Below, piece by piece: positions 40,317 through 50,372 of a stretch of 64,000 nt of DNA. The position numbers were made by a program, and so were the translations under genes. Position 1 is the stretch's first letter. Each line of letters begins with the position of its first letter. Below the pieces are notes generated by a model. It saw nothing but the letters and a program-made list of their open reading frames with translations. It searched no databases and was not told the origin of the DNA. Source of the DNA: an uncultured Acidobacteriota bacterium (GTDB lineage: Bacteria > Acidobacteriota > Thermoanaerobaculia > Gp7-AA8); NCBI GenBank assembly GCA_963741955.1, contig CAVUKB010000007.1, positions 544,001 through 608,000 of the forward strand, given 5' to 3'.

Positions 40317-40349
40317 GCGCCACGACTCGAGTCGTGGCGCTTTCTTTTT
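40317..40349 (+). terminator. Intrinsic terminator
   Basis: GCGCCACGAC-tcga-GTCGTGGCGC-TTTCTTTTT. Confidence 0.85.
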
Positions 40350-40357
40350 CGCCTGAA

Positions 40358-42043
40358 CTACTTCTTCGGAGCGATCATCGGGAGGTCGACTCCCATTGTC
40401 TTCGCGACCTCGATCGCCTTCTCGTACCCCGCGTCCGCGTGCCGCATGACGCCTGTGCCGGGATCGGTGGTCAACACGCGCCGCAGGCGCTCCGCGGCGG
40501 CATCCGTTCCGTCTGCCACCACCACCATCCCCGCATGCAGTGAGTAGCCGATTCCGACACCGCCGCCATGATGGAAAGACACCCACGTCGCTCCCGCCGC
40601 GGTGTTGAGCAGTGCATTGAGAATCGGCCAGTCGGCGATGGCATCCGATCCGTCGCGCATCCCCTCGGTCTCGCGGTTCGGTGACGCCACCGAGCCGGAG
40701 TCGAGGTGATCGCGGCCGATCACGATCGGCGCGGAGACCTTCCCGCTCGCCACGAGATCGTTGAACAGCAGTCCCGCCTTGTCTCTCTCGCCATACCCGA
40801 GCCAGCAGATGCGTGAGGGGAGTCCCTGGAACTCGACGCGCTTCTGGGCCATTCGGATCCAGCGGTGCAGTGCTTCGTCGTGAGGGAAGAGCTCGAGCAG
40901 CGCCTCGTCGGTGGCGTGGATGTCCTTCGGATCGCCCGAGAGCGCCGCCCAGCGGAACGGCCCTTTCCCTTCACAGAAGAGAGGCCGGATGAAGAGAGGG
41001 ACGAAGCCGCCGACTTCGAACGCGTTCTTCACTCCGTTTTTCAAGGCCTGACCCCGAAGATTGTTCCCGTAGTCGAACGTGATCGCTCCGAGACGCTGCA
41101 GCTCCAGCATCGCGTTCATGTGCCTGGCCATCGTCTCGTATGCCCGCCCGATGTACTCTTCCGGATCGTGCGAGCGGAGCTCGAGAGCCTTCTCGTACGG
41201 GATGCCCGCGGGCACATATCCATTCAGTTCGTCGTGCGCCGAGGTCTGATCGGTGAGGACCTCCGGAACAATGCCGCGCTCGATTAGTGTCTCGAGCAGC
41301 TCCACCGCATTCGCCTCGACTGCGATCGAAACGCCTTCGCCCTTTTCCTTCGCTTCCAGCGCGCGCGCGATGCCCGCGTCGAGGGACGGAGCCAGCTCGT
41401 CGAGATACCGCTTCTGCAGACGACGGTCGATCCGGCTTCGGTCCACTTCCGCGACCAGGCACGTTCCTTCGTTCATCGTTGCGGCGAGCGGCTGCGCTCC
41501 ACCCATTCCGCCGAGTCCGGCGGTGACCACCAGCCGTCCCTTCAGGGTGTTGCCGAAATGCTGTTTCGCCACGGCGGCGAAGCACTCGAACGTCCCCTGA
41601 AGGATTCCCTGCGTTCCGATGTAGATCCACGACCCGGCGGTCATCTGTCCATACATGGTCAGGCCGAGTCCTTCCAGCCGGCGGAATTCGTCGGCGGTGG
41701 CCCAGTTCGGAACGAGGTTCGCGTTCGCGATGAGAACCCGCGGAGCGTTCTCGTGGGTCTTGAAGACTCCGACCGGCTTGCCCGACTGCACCAGGAGCGT
41801 CTCGTCGTTCCGGAGCCGCTCGAGCGTGGCGACGATCGCGTCGTAGCACTCCCAGCTCCGCGCGGCCCGCCCCGATCCTCCATAGATGATCAACTGGTCC
41901 GGTTTCTCGGCGACGTCGGGGTCGAGATTGTTCATCAGCATCCGCATTGCCGCTTCCTGCGGCCAGCCGAGGCACCGGAGCTTCGTGCCGTGTGGCGCGC
42001 GGACGGTTCGAGGACCGGAAGTCGTCGGGGTATCGGTAGTCAT
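40358..42043 (-). CDS. hutU: Urocanate hydratase
   Basis: [36 protein letters not shown]. Confidence 0.98.
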   Translation of the reverse strand: MTTDTPTTSGPRTVRAPHGTKLRCLGWPQEAAMRMLMNNLDPDVAEKPDQLIIYGGSGRAARSWECYDAIVATLERLRNDETLLVQSGKPVGVFKTHENAPRVLIANANLVPNWATADEFRRLEGLGLTMYGQMTAGSWIYIGTQGILQGTFECFAAVAKQHFGNTLKGRLVVTAGLGGMGGAQPLAATMNEGTCLVAEVDRSRIDRRLQKRYLDELAPSLDAGIARALEAKEKGEGVSIAVEANAVELLETLIERGIVPEVLTDQTSAHDELNGYVPAGIPYEKALELRSHDPEEYIGRAYETMARHMNAMLELQRLGAITFDYGNNLRGQALKNGVKNAFEVGGFVPLFIRPLFCEGKGPFRWAALSGDPKDIHATDEALLELFPHDEALHRWIRMAQKRVEFQGLPSRICWLGYGERDKAGLLFNDLVASGKVSAPIVIGRDHLDSGSVASPNRETEGMRDGSDAIADWPILNALLNTAAGATWVSFHHGGGVGIGYSLHAGMVVVADGTDAAAERLRRVLTTDPGTGVMRHADAGYEKAIEVAKTMGVDLPMIAPKK

Positions 42044-42169
42044 GGCGGTCGTCTCCTGGGGGAAATGTTATCAGAGAGGGTCCTCGCCAGCTCTTCGTAG
42101 CCGAAGCAGCGCGGCCTCGTATTCAGGCTACTCTGCATCTCCTCGCGACGAGACGCGCGACCCTCGATC

Positions 42170-43312
42170 CTACGCACTCCCTTTCACGATCTCGACGAGC
42201 AGCGCTGCGGCGGATTCGAAATCGCGGCGGTCGAGCCATTCGGAGAGAGTGTGCGGGTCGCGCATCCCGGTGCCGAGGTTGATGCACTCGATGCCGCGGC
42301 GGTTGAAGACGTTGGCGTCGCAGCCGCCCCCCATGGACGCGAGGTAGAGCTTCCGGTCGAGGCGATTGGCGGCGTCTTGCACGAGCGCGATGGTGGTCGC
42401 ATCGGGAGCGACGTCGAGGGACTCGTAGTCGCGCCGGATGGTCTCTTCGAGCGTGGCGCGATGTTTCGTCTCATGAATTTCGACCGTGGGAGCGTTCGCG
42501 ACCGCATCGTGAAAGCACTTCGACATGGTGGCGGAGAGCCGGGCGAGCTTCTCGGGATCTCGCGAGCGGGCTTCTCCCAGGACGCGGACACGTGGAGGGA
42601 CGATGTTCGTCGCGCCGGCGGCTTCGACCACTCCGATGTTGCAGGTGGTCTCGGCGTCGATCCTGCCGTGCGGCATCGACGTGATTGCGGCGGCGGCGAT
42701 GCGGACCGCGGAGATCCCGTTCTCGGGGTGGACTCCGCCGTGTGCGGCGAGGCCGTGGACGATCCATTCCATCCGGTCGGCTGCGGGGCCGGTGTTGAAG
42801 ATGCAGCGCGCGTCGCCGGAATCGAACACCACGCCGCGCTTCGACTGGAGCCGCCCGGTGTCGAGCTCTTTCACTCCGCGGAGCCCCTGCTCTTCGGCGA
42901 CGGAGAAGCAGACTTCGATCACGCCGTGCGGGATCCGGTTCTCGAGCACGACCCGGAGCGCCTCCAGAATGATCGCGCATCCGGACTTGTCGTCCGCGCC
43001 GAGAATCGTCGTGCCGTCGCTGGTGATGCGATCCGGATGGATCTGCGGGCGGATACCGCGTCCCGGTGTGACCGTATCCATGTGTGCGGAGAGAAGGATC
43101 GGCGGGAGAGCTTCCGACGTCGGAGCGAACCGCGCGAAGAGATTGCCGCAGTCGCCGCCGATCGCGGCACCAGCATCGTCGAACGAAACCTCCGCTCCCA
43201 TTTCGCGAACCTTCGCGGCGATCCATTCCGCTACCTGGCGCTCGTGAAACGACTCGGAATCGATCCGGACCAGATCGAGAAAAGTGTCAGTGAGACGGTC
43301 GGGGCGAATCAT
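42170..43312 (-). CDS. M20B peptidase T-like metallopeptidase
   Basis: SAHMDTV, LGADDKSG, EEQGL, GGGCDAN, HTLSE. Confidence 0.9.
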   Translation of the reverse strand: MIRPDRLTDTFLDLVRIDSESFHERQVAEWIAAKVREMGAEVSFDDAGAAIGGDCGNLFARFAPTSEALPPILLSAHMDTVTPGRGIRPQIHPDRITSDGTTILGADDKSGCAIILEALRVVLENRIPHGVIEVCFSVAEEQGLRGVKELDTGRLQSKRGVVFDSGDARCIFNTGPAADRMEWIVHGLAAHGGVHPENGISAVRIAAAAITSMPHGRIDAETTCNIGVVEAAGATNIVPPRVRVLGEARSRDPEKLARLSATMSKCFHDAVANAPTVEIHETKHRATLEETIRRDYESLDVAPDATTIALVQDAANRLDRKLYLASMGGGCDANVFNRRGIECINLGTGMRDPHTLSEWLDRRDFESAAALLVEIVKGSA

Positions 43313-43392
43313 GGGGGAATTGTAAGCGTTCGCGGTCGCGGAGTCGGGGTTTTGGCATCAATCGATGGCGCAGAGACGCGCGAGCCGCCCGC

Positions 43393-44031
43393 TCACTCCC
43401 GTACCGCCTGCGCGCTGGGACAGACGTCGTTCAGCACGCACTCGGCGCATTTCGGTTTGCGCGCGACGCAGATCTCGCGCCCGTGAAGAATCATCCGCAG
43501 AGCGAATTTCGTCCATTCCTTCTTCGGGATGAGCTTCATCAGATCCTGCTCGATCTTCACCGGATCGGAGTGCGAGGTCAGCGCGAGGCGGTTCGAGACC
43601 CGTCCCACATGGGTGTCGACGACGATTCCTTCGCTCTTCCCCATTGCATTGCCGAGGATCACGTTGGCGGTCTTGCGGCCGACGCCGGGAAGCTCGACCA
43701 GTTCGACCATCGTCGATGGCATTTCACCGCCGTGGCGCTCGACGAGCGCCTCTGATGCGCCGATGAGGGACCGGGTCTTGCTGCGGAAGTAGCCCGTCGA
43801 GCGGATGTCGTTCTCGAGCTCGGCCGGGTCGGCCTTCGCGTAGGCTTCGGGAGAGGGGTACTTCCGGAAAAGATCTTTCGTGACGAGGTTGACCCGCGCG
43901 TCGGTGCTCTGCGCGGCGAGGATCGTCGCGATCAGGAGCTGGAACGGAGTTTCGAAGTCGAGAGCGATCTTCGGTCTCGGGTAGGCTCGCTGGAGCCGAT
44001 GGACGATCTCGAGGGCGCGCTCTTTCCTCAT
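43393..44031 (-). CDS. nth: Endonuclease III
   Basis: HhH LPGVGRKTANV, VDTHV, C-x6-C-x2-C-x5-C. Confidence 0.96.
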   Translation of the reverse strand: MRKERALEIVHRLQRAYPRPKIALDFETPFQLLIATILAAQSTDARVNLVTKDLFRKYPSPEAYAKADPAELENDIRSTGYFRSKTRSLIGASEALVERHGGEMPSTMVELVELPGVGRKTANVILGNAMGKSEGIVVDTHVGRVSNRLALTSHSDPVKIEQDLMKLIPKKEWTKFALRMILHGREICVARKPKCAECVLNDVCPSAQAVRE

Positions 44032-44045
44032 GGTGGCGATTGTAT

Positions 44046-44150
44046 GAGAGGCGAGGGCGGTGAGGCGAGAGGCGAAGCGAGGCTCGAGGCGCGAGAGGAG
44101 AGAAGACCGGGGAGGTCGGACCGGGGAGGTCGGACCGGGCAGGTCGGACG
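44046..44150. repeat. Degenerate simple repeats (GAGAGGC-like heptamers; GGAGGTCGGACCGG)
   Basis: Direct reading of the intergenic region upstream of nth. Confidence 0.6.
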
Positions 44151-44163
44151 ACCGTTCACTCCG

Positions 44164-44484
44164 TCACGGCGGATCCACGGTACCTGCGGGCGTCCACGGT
44201 CCGCAGCGGAGAACGCGCCAGGCCGCGCGGGCGCCGCCGCGGAGCGCGCCGTACTTCTTCACCGACACGAGTCCGTATTCGGAGCAGGTGGGCTGGAAGC
44301 GGCAGAAGACTCTGCCTTTGAGATGCGGCGAGACGTGGGCGCGGTACTGCTCGATCGCCGCGACGAGCGTTCGCGTCGAGAACTGCCGCGGAATCGGGAC
44401 AATCGCGTCGTGCACGATCACCCCGGCGAACGCGAGCACGATCACGAGAAAAACAATTCTGAGTCTCTTCGCGTTCATCGACAT
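44164..44484 (-). CDS. yidD: Membrane protein insertion efficiency factor YidD-like
   Basis: CRFQPTCSEY, RVLRCGPW, GTVDPP. Confidence 0.88.
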   Translation of the reverse strand: MSMNAKRLRIVFLVIVLAFAGVIVHDAIVPIPRQFSTRTLVAAIEQYRAHVSPHLKGRVFCRFQPTCSEYGLVSVKKYGALRGGARAAWRVLRCGPWTPAGTVDPP

Positions 44485-44520
44485 CCCGGCCGGCGCGCCT
44501 TCAGATCCACGGTTGCCGCA

Positions 44521-45294
44521 CTACTCTCCTCTCTTGGCTTCGTTCCAGAGCGCGTCGAGCTCTTCGAGTGTGACGTCGTCGAAGCTTCGACCGGCGTCGT
44601 GCATTGCCGATTCGATCGACTCGAAGCGTCGCTTGAACTTCGCGTTCGCCCGCTGGAGCGCGGCTTCGGGATCGATCTTCATTCTGCGCGCGACGTTCGC
44701 GATGGTGAAGAGGAGATCTCCGAGCTCGTCCTCGATCCTCGCGCGCGCCCCCCCGTCCACCGCCTCTTTCAGTTCGGCGGTCTCTTCCGCGATCTTGTCG
44801 AAGACGTCGCCGGTCTCCTTCCAGTCGAATCCGACGCGCGCCGCCTTCTCGGCGAGGCGGCTCGCCTTCAGGAGCGCGGGGAGCGCTCCCGGTACGCCGG
44901 AGAGGATCCCCTTGTTCTCTTCGCGCCGCTCGGCGCTTTTGAGCTTCTCCCAGTTGTTCAGGACCGCATCGGCATCCTTCGCTTCCGCTTCGCCGAAGAC
45001 GTGCGGATGTCTGCGGACGAGTTTGTCGTGGATCGCGGTCACTGAATCGTAGATGTCGAAGCTTCCTTCCTCGCGCGCGATCTCCGCGAGGAAGACCGAC
45101 TCCAGGAGAAGATCCCCGATCTCTTCCCGGAGCGACCCGCGGTCATCGCGATCGATCGCATCGACGACCTCGTACGCCTCTTCGATGACGAAGGGGCGGA
45201 GATCGGCGTAGGTCTGCTCGCGATCCCAGGGGCATCCGCCGGGAGCGCGAAGACGGGTCATCAGTTGAACGAGCTCGTCGAAGGAACGTTTCAT
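44521..45294 (-). CDS. mazG: Nucleoside triphosphate pyrophosphohydrolase
   Basis: GGCPWDREQT, EEAYE, EEIGDLL, RRHPHVF, second ELGDLLF domain. Confidence 0.95.
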   Translation of the reverse strand: MKRSFDELVQLMTRLRAPGGCPWDREQTYADLRPFVIEEAYEVVDAIDRDDRGSLREEIGDLLLESVFLAEIAREEGSFDIYDSVTAIHDKLVRRHPHVFGEAEAKDADAVLNNWEKLKSAERREENKGILSGVPGALPALLKASRLAEKAARVGFDWKETGDVFDKIAEETAELKEAVDGGARARIEDELGDLLFTIANVARRMKIDPEAALQRANAKFKRRFESIESAMHDAGRSFDDVTLEELDALWNEAKRGE

Positions 45295-45308
45295 GGAGCG
45301 ATTGTACG

Positions 45309-45380
45309 GGAGAGCGGCGAGCGGAGAGCGGCGAGCGGCGAGAAAGGAGAGAGGAGACGCGAGACGAGAGAGACACGAGC
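45309..45380. repeat. Heptamer-type simple repeats (GAGCGGC/GAGAGGA)
   Basis: Direct reading; upstream of the mazG -10 box. Confidence 0.6.
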
Positions 45381-45433
45381 GGTACGCCGTCCGGCCGAAC
45401 TTTGCGGGTGCGGCCGGACGGGAAACAAACGGT

Positions 45434-45670
45434 TCAGCAGGCCGCGAAGCGGTAGATCTCGGAGCCGGGAGGAAGGAGTACTTCCGAATCCGCGAAGCGG
45501 AACGCATAGATCGAGTCGGACCGGATCTGGTCGATACGATCGTCGCCGATCAATGAGAGCATCCGATCCGGATTCTTCATCGCCGATCGAAGATCGCGAG
45601 CCATCGCGTCGTCAACACCGGCGATGACCCACCTGCCGTCATTCAGTGCAAGGCAAACAAGTCGCGCCAT
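45434..45670 (-). CDS. Small hypothetical protein
   Basis: GGAGG RBS before MARLVCL; 78 aa. Confidence 0.5.
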   Translation of the reverse strand: MARLVCLALNDGRWVIAGVDDAMARDLRSAMKNPDRMLSLIGDDRIDQIRSDSIYAFRFADSEVLLPPGSEIYRFAAC

Positions 45671-45800
45671 CTTTCGTCCTCCGTTCATGGAACCAAAGAT
45701 AGGACACGCTCCCATCGAAGGACGTGAGACAACTCACGCGCATCCGCCGAATTTTCGTGCGTTTCGTCACATCGCGTGACAGGCATCACGAAAAGAGTGG

Positions 45801-45940
45801 GGCTCGAGACTCGAGACTCGAGGCTCGGGACTCAGAATCACCTCGTCTCTCGCTCCCGGCTCTCTCTCTCTCGTCTCCCGTCGTTCGCTCTCGCCTCGCT
45901 CCTCGAGCTCCCGCCTCGCTCCTCTCGCCTCGCTCCTCCC
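45801..45940. repeat. Simple repeats (CTCGAGA, CTCGCCT, CT-rich)
   Basis: Direct reading; upstream of the kinase gene. Confidence 0.6.
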
Positions 45941-45971
45941 CCGGTATGGCTTCTGCTAGGATCAGTCTCAG

Positions 45972-48900
45972 TTGCCGGGGCGGTACTCTCCGAGCCGACA
46001 GGAACGGACGGAAGCGCTCGGTATCTCCGATCGGAGTCAATTCTTGGAATCGAATCCATTCGACACATCGGGTGCGACGCCCGAGGGTCTCGAACAGCTG
46101 AGTGCAGGACGTCTTCGGGTGCTCGCCCGTATTTTCGAGTCTTTTGCGGCGACTCTCGATCTCGAAGAGCTCGTGCGGCGGGTGGTGACGATCGCGCTCG
46201 AGGAATTCGAGGCGGACCGCGCCTGGCTGCTGGGACCCGCGAACTCCGAATCCGAATCCGCCAACGTCACGTACGAGGCGACGAGGGCGGGCTGTGAAGG
46301 AGCATTCTCCCGAGGTGAGCCGGTCCCGCTCGAAGGGTCCCGCGGACTTCTCCGCCGCGTTCTCGACTCTCGGCGTCCGGTCGCGGTGAAGAGAAGCGAT
46401 CCCGATTTCGACCGGGAGCTCGCCGAGCGATGGTCGATCCGCTCGCAGCTGATTCAGACCTTGCGCCCGGTGAACAGCGATTCGATCATCTTCGGACTGC
46501 ACGATTGCACCGCCGAGCGTGACTGGTCGGAGGAGGAGGTCGAGCTTTTCGCCGAGATCGGCCGGTACGCGACGATCGCGATCCAGAATGCGCTGCTTCA
46601 TCGCCGCGCGCTGGTGGAAGCGGCGAAGCTCGAGGCGATCCTCGATCAGATTCCGGAGGCTGCCGCACTCTACGATACGAGCGGGCGGCTCGAGCGAATC
46701 AACGCGGCGGGCCGCGCGGCGCGGTATCTTTCCGCCCCGACGGCCGAAGAACGGCTGAGCGCGTTTGGATATCGGGATGCGAAAGGGCGTCCCCTCACGG
46801 TCGGTGAGCTCCCGTCGATGCGAGCACTCCACGGTGAGTCGACGAGCATGGATCTTCTTGTCCGCGGGCCGGAGGACAGCGACATCGTCGTCGAACTGCA
46901 GGCGGCTCCGGTGATCGACGGATCCGGTCGGGTGGTAGGAGCGATCGTCCTCTCCCGCGACGTCACTGTCGAGCGCAGCCATGCGCGGCGCGAGCGACAG
47001 CGCCGGCGCCGCGCGGAAGTCCTGGCGAACCTCGGCTTCGATCTCTACGCGGAAGGATCCGAATCGAGTCTCGACGATGCCGCCGCGCGGATCGGCTCGG
47101 CGCTCGACCTGCGCGTCCAGATCTGGGAGTACCGGCCGAGCGACGACACGGTGGTGCTGAAGGGGTCGTACCTCGGCGACGCCAGCGGGGCGACGCAGCA
47201 GCTCCGCGCAGATCTCGCGAATCTGATCCTTCACCGCGGTGAAGGGCTCGCAGGGAAAGTGCTCGATTCACCGAAGCCGATCGCGTTCGACCTCGAAACG
47301 ATGCTCGGCTCGGCCGCCGGCCCGGAGCGGGAGGTCGTGAACCGGATAGGCGAGACGCGGCGAATCGCAACCACCATCCGCGTATCCGGTCAGGTCGAGG
47401 GAGTGCTGACGTTCTCGCGTACCGGAGAGGATCTCCCGTTCGACGCGGACGATCTCGAGTTTCTGGAGACGGTGGCCGGACGGATCGGAGTCGCGAACCA
47501 CGTACACCGGCTCAATCGGACGCTGGAGGAAGGACAACGTGCGGCCGAAGAGCTCGCGAGACGAGAGATGGAAGCGCGCGGACGGCTGGAGGCGGTACTG
47601 CAGTCTGCGCCGATCGGGATCGCGGTCGTTTCCGCGGAAGGGCTGCTGTTCGAGTCGGTCAATCCGCTCTTCATCGAATTCGTGGAGCGACTCGGAAGGA
47701 CTCCTCACGGTCGCTGGCTGGAAGGAATGCCGATCACGGATCTGGTTCCCGGAATGGAGACGCCGCTTCGCCAGTCGATCGCGTCGGGAGAGGTCGACGT
47801 CCGGATCGCCGCGCGCATCGAGCACGAGGGACGTCCCTGGTATTTCAACCGCATCATCGCGCCGGTACGCGATCCCGCGGGTGGTCCGCCGCAGAGCGTG
47901 ATGGTCCTTCTGCAGAATGTGACCGAGCAGGTGGTCGCGCGCGAGGAGGTAGAGGGACTGGCGCGGCAGATGGCGGAGCGCTCTGCGCAGCTCGACTCGA
48001 TTCTCGGATCGATGACCGACGCCCTCTGGGTTCTCGATGCGCGCGGTGGAATCGTCGAGGTCAATCCCGCTGCGCTCACCATGTTCGGCATCGGTTCGCG
48101 GGAAGAGGCGATCGGGCTCGGCGCGTTCGGGCGCTTCCACTTCCGGTTCCCGGACGGCCGTGCGATCCCGCACGACGAGCTACCGTTCGTCCGCGCGCTG
48201 CGGGGCGAAGTCCTCCCGGACTTCATCGCAGTGGCCCGGCATCTGATCACCGGAAAAGACATCGACGTTTCGATGGCCGCTGCGCCGATCGAGAGCGAAG
48301 GCGTGGTGGGGGCGGTGCTCGTGGTCCGCGACATCACCGCGCTCCTCGAGCTCGACCGGAGGAAGGACGAGTTCCTCTCCGTCGCATCCCACGAACTGCG
48401 CACGCCGCTCACCACCATCAAGGGATACGCGCAGCTCCTCTCGGAGATCGAGAGCCAACTCTCCGCGGAGGAGCGGAAGAACTATTTCGACGCGATGCTG
48501 GGGGAGATTCAGCGGATGGTCGGACTTCTCACCGATCTGCTGGACGTCTCGCGGATCGGCACGAATCGATTCGATCTCCACCGGCAGCGCGTCGAGTGGG
48601 TCGCGTTCGTCGAGTCGCAGGCACGCACGGCACGGATGCGCAATCCGGACCGGAGCATCGTCGTGGGGCGGGAAGTGAAAGAGGTCTCGCTCGAAGTCGA
48701 TACCGACCGGATGCGACAGGTGCTCGACAACTTCATCTCCAACGCGATCAAGTACTCCGCGGACGGCACGCCGATCGAGATCGTGATCCGGCAGTCCGAC
48801 GGGCATCTCGCGACCGAGATCATCGACCATGGAATCGGTATCCCGAAGGACGAGCTTCCCCACCTCTTCGAGCGGTTCCATCGTGCCAGGAACGTCTCCA

Positions 48901-49037
48901 GCCGCTATTACGGCGGGTTGGGGCTCGGCCTCTACATCTCCCGGATCATCGTGGAAGCACACGGCGGAACGATCGGCGTGGAAAGCGTCGAGGGAGAAGG
49001 GTCGACGTTCATCATCGAGCTGCCGCTCGCGCCGTGA
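45972..49037 (+). CDS. Cytoplasmic GAF/PAS sensor histidine kinase; start uncertain
   Basis: GAF and PAS segments, ASHELRTPL, NAIKYS, DHGIGI, GLGLGL; no TM segment. Confidence 0.92.
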   Translation: MPGRYSPSRQERTEALGISDRSQFLESNPFDTSGATPEGLEQLSAGRLRVLARIFESFAATLDLEELVRRVVTIALEEFEADRAWLLGPANSESESANVTYEATRAGCEGAFSRGEPVPLEGSRGLLRRVLDSRRPVAVKRSDPDFDRELAERWSIRSQLIQTLRPVNSDSIIFGLHDCTAERDWSEEEVELFAEIGRYATIAIQNALLHRRALVEAAKLEAILDQIPEAAALYDTSGRLERINAAGRAARYLSAPTAEERLSAFGYRDAKGRPLTVGELPSMRALHGESTSMDLLVRGPEDSDIVVELQAAPVIDGSGRVVGAIVLSRDVTVERSHARRERQRRRRAEVLANLGFDLYAEGSESSLDDAAARIGSALDLRVQIWEYRPSDDTVVLKGSYLGDASGATQQLRADLANLILHRGEGLAGKVLDSPKPIAFDLETMLGSAAGPEREVVNRIGETRRIATTIRVSGQVEGVLTFSRTGEDLPFDADDLEFLETVAGRIGVANHVHRLNRTLEEGQRAAEELARREMEARGRLEAVLQSAPIGIAVVSAEGLLFESVNPLFIEFVERLGRTPHGRWLEGMPITDLVPGMETPLRQSIASGEVDVRIAARIEHEGRPWYFNRIIAPVRDPAGGPPQSVMVLLQNVTEQVVAREEVEGLARQMAERSAQLDSILGSMTDALWVLDARGGIVEVNPAALTMFGIGSREEAIGLGAFGRFHFRFPDGRAIPHDELPFVRALRGEVLPDFIAVARHLITGKDIDVSMAAAPIESEGVVGAVLVVRDITALLELDRRKDEFLSVASHELRTPLTTIKGYAQLLSEIESQLSAEERKNYFDAMLGEIQRMVGLLTDLLDVSRIGTNRFDLHRQRVEWVAFVESQARTARMRNPDRSIVVGREVKEVSLEVDTDRMRQVLDNFISNAIKYSADGTPIEIVIRQSDGHLATEIIDHGIGIPKDELPHLFERFHRARNVSSRYYGGLGLGLYISRIIVEAHGGTIGVESVEGEGSTFIIELPLAP

Positions 49038-49186
49038 CATCAGGTGCGAGGGTTTCCGGCGATCCTGCGCCGGGTGGTTCTGCCGGCCAGGCTCACGCAC
49101 CGGGTGCCCGGACGTCGCGCAATCCTCAGCCGCTCCGCGTGTGAAGCCCGCGTAAGGGAAGCGTCGGGGCCCTCTCTCCGGGCGAC

Positions 49187-49225
49187 TTGACACCGAATTT
49201 ACATCGGTGCACGGCCGACTCCACA
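49187..49225 (+). promoter_or_regulatory. Putative Pho box
   Basis: TTGACA-N5-TTTACA plus TCCACA 22 bp later (11-bp register) upstream of the pst operon. Confidence 0.55.
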
Positions 49226-49270
49226 CCTCGAACCTAAGCTTCGCTTCGAGAAAACGGAGGAGTTCTAAGA

Positions 49271-50359
49271 ATGAATCGACGCATCTCTCGCCTGCGCATC
49301 GGAACCCTGACCCTCGCCGCGGCGCTCTTCGGCACCGGTCTGGCCACTGCCCAGACCCCTCCCGCGAAAGCGGCGGACGACACACCGGAGATCAAGATCG
49401 GAAGCACGATCTTCGCGGATTACACGTATCAGTCTAAGCCGGAGGCGGTCGACGCCGACGGCAATACCTACAAGCCGAGCTCGTTCAACGTCACCCGGAC
49501 CTACATCAACTTCAACGGCAAGCTCTCCCACCGCTTCGCGTTCCGGATCACGCCCGACATCACCCGCGACAACGGCAACGACTCCATCAACGGAAGCTAC
49601 GTGTTCCGGCTCAAGTACGGCTTCGGCCAGTTCAACCTCGACGACTGGACGACGAAAGGCTCGTGGATCCGTTTCGGACAGACCCAGACTCCGTACATCG
49701 ATTACATCGAGAGCGCATACGCCTATCGGTTTCAGGGTCCGGTGTTCGTCGATCGCGAAGGCTTCCTGACCTCCTCGGATCTCGGCGTTTCGGGACGCTG
49801 GGTGTTTCCGGGGAATTACGGTGACGTGATGGGTGGCATCTACAACGGAGAAGGGTACGGCCACACCGAGAAGAACAACCAGAAATCGCTGCAGGCGAGA
49901 GTCAGCTATCGGCCGCTCCCGCAGAGCGCGGCACTCAAGGGCCTCCGGTTCGCCGCGTTCTACGACGCCGACAACTACCTGGAGAACGCGAAGAAGGACC
50001 GATTCGTCGTGAACGCGACGTACGTGAGCTCCTGGGGACATGCGGGACTCGAGTATCTGACCGCAAAGGACCAGGCCTCCTCGCTCCTTCCGACCGTCGA
50101 TTCACGCGGATGGTCCGCCTGGATCACTCCCCGGTTCACCCCCACCTGGGGTGCGCTTCTCCGGCACGATCAGGTGAAGCCCGACACCGACACGGACGCG
50201 AAGAAGAGCCGGAACATCGCAGGCATCGCGTACTGGATTCCGCTGGAGAAAGTCACGTCGGCAATCATGGCCGACTACGAAACCGTGAGCTACGACAACT
50301 ACACGGCATCGAAGCCGGACGAAACGCGCTTCGGCATCCACATGCTGATCAACTTCTGA
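49271..50359 (+). CDS. Outer-membrane porin, probably phosphate-associated
   Basis: Signal peptide, beta-barrel pattern, C-terminal F; first gene of the pst operon. Confidence 0.8.
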   Translation: MNRRISRLRIGTLTLAAALFGTGLATAQTPPAKAADDTPEIKIGSTIFADYTYQSKPEAVDADGNTYKPSSFNVTRTYINFNGKLSHRFAFRITPDITRDNGNDSINGSYVFRLKYGFGQFNLDDWTTKGSWIRFGQTQTPYIDYIESAYAYRFQGPVFVDREGFLTSSDLGVSGRWVFPGNYGDVMGGIYNGEGYGHTEKNNQKSLQARVSYRPLPQSAALKGLRFAAFYDADNYLENAKKDRFVVNATYVSSWGHAGLEYLTAKDQASSLLPTVDSRGWSAWITPRFTPTWGALLRHDQVKPDTDTDAKKSRNIAGIAYWIPLEKVTSAIMADYETVSYDNYTASKPDETRFGIHMLINF

Positions 50360-50372
50360 GGACGGCAGGAAA

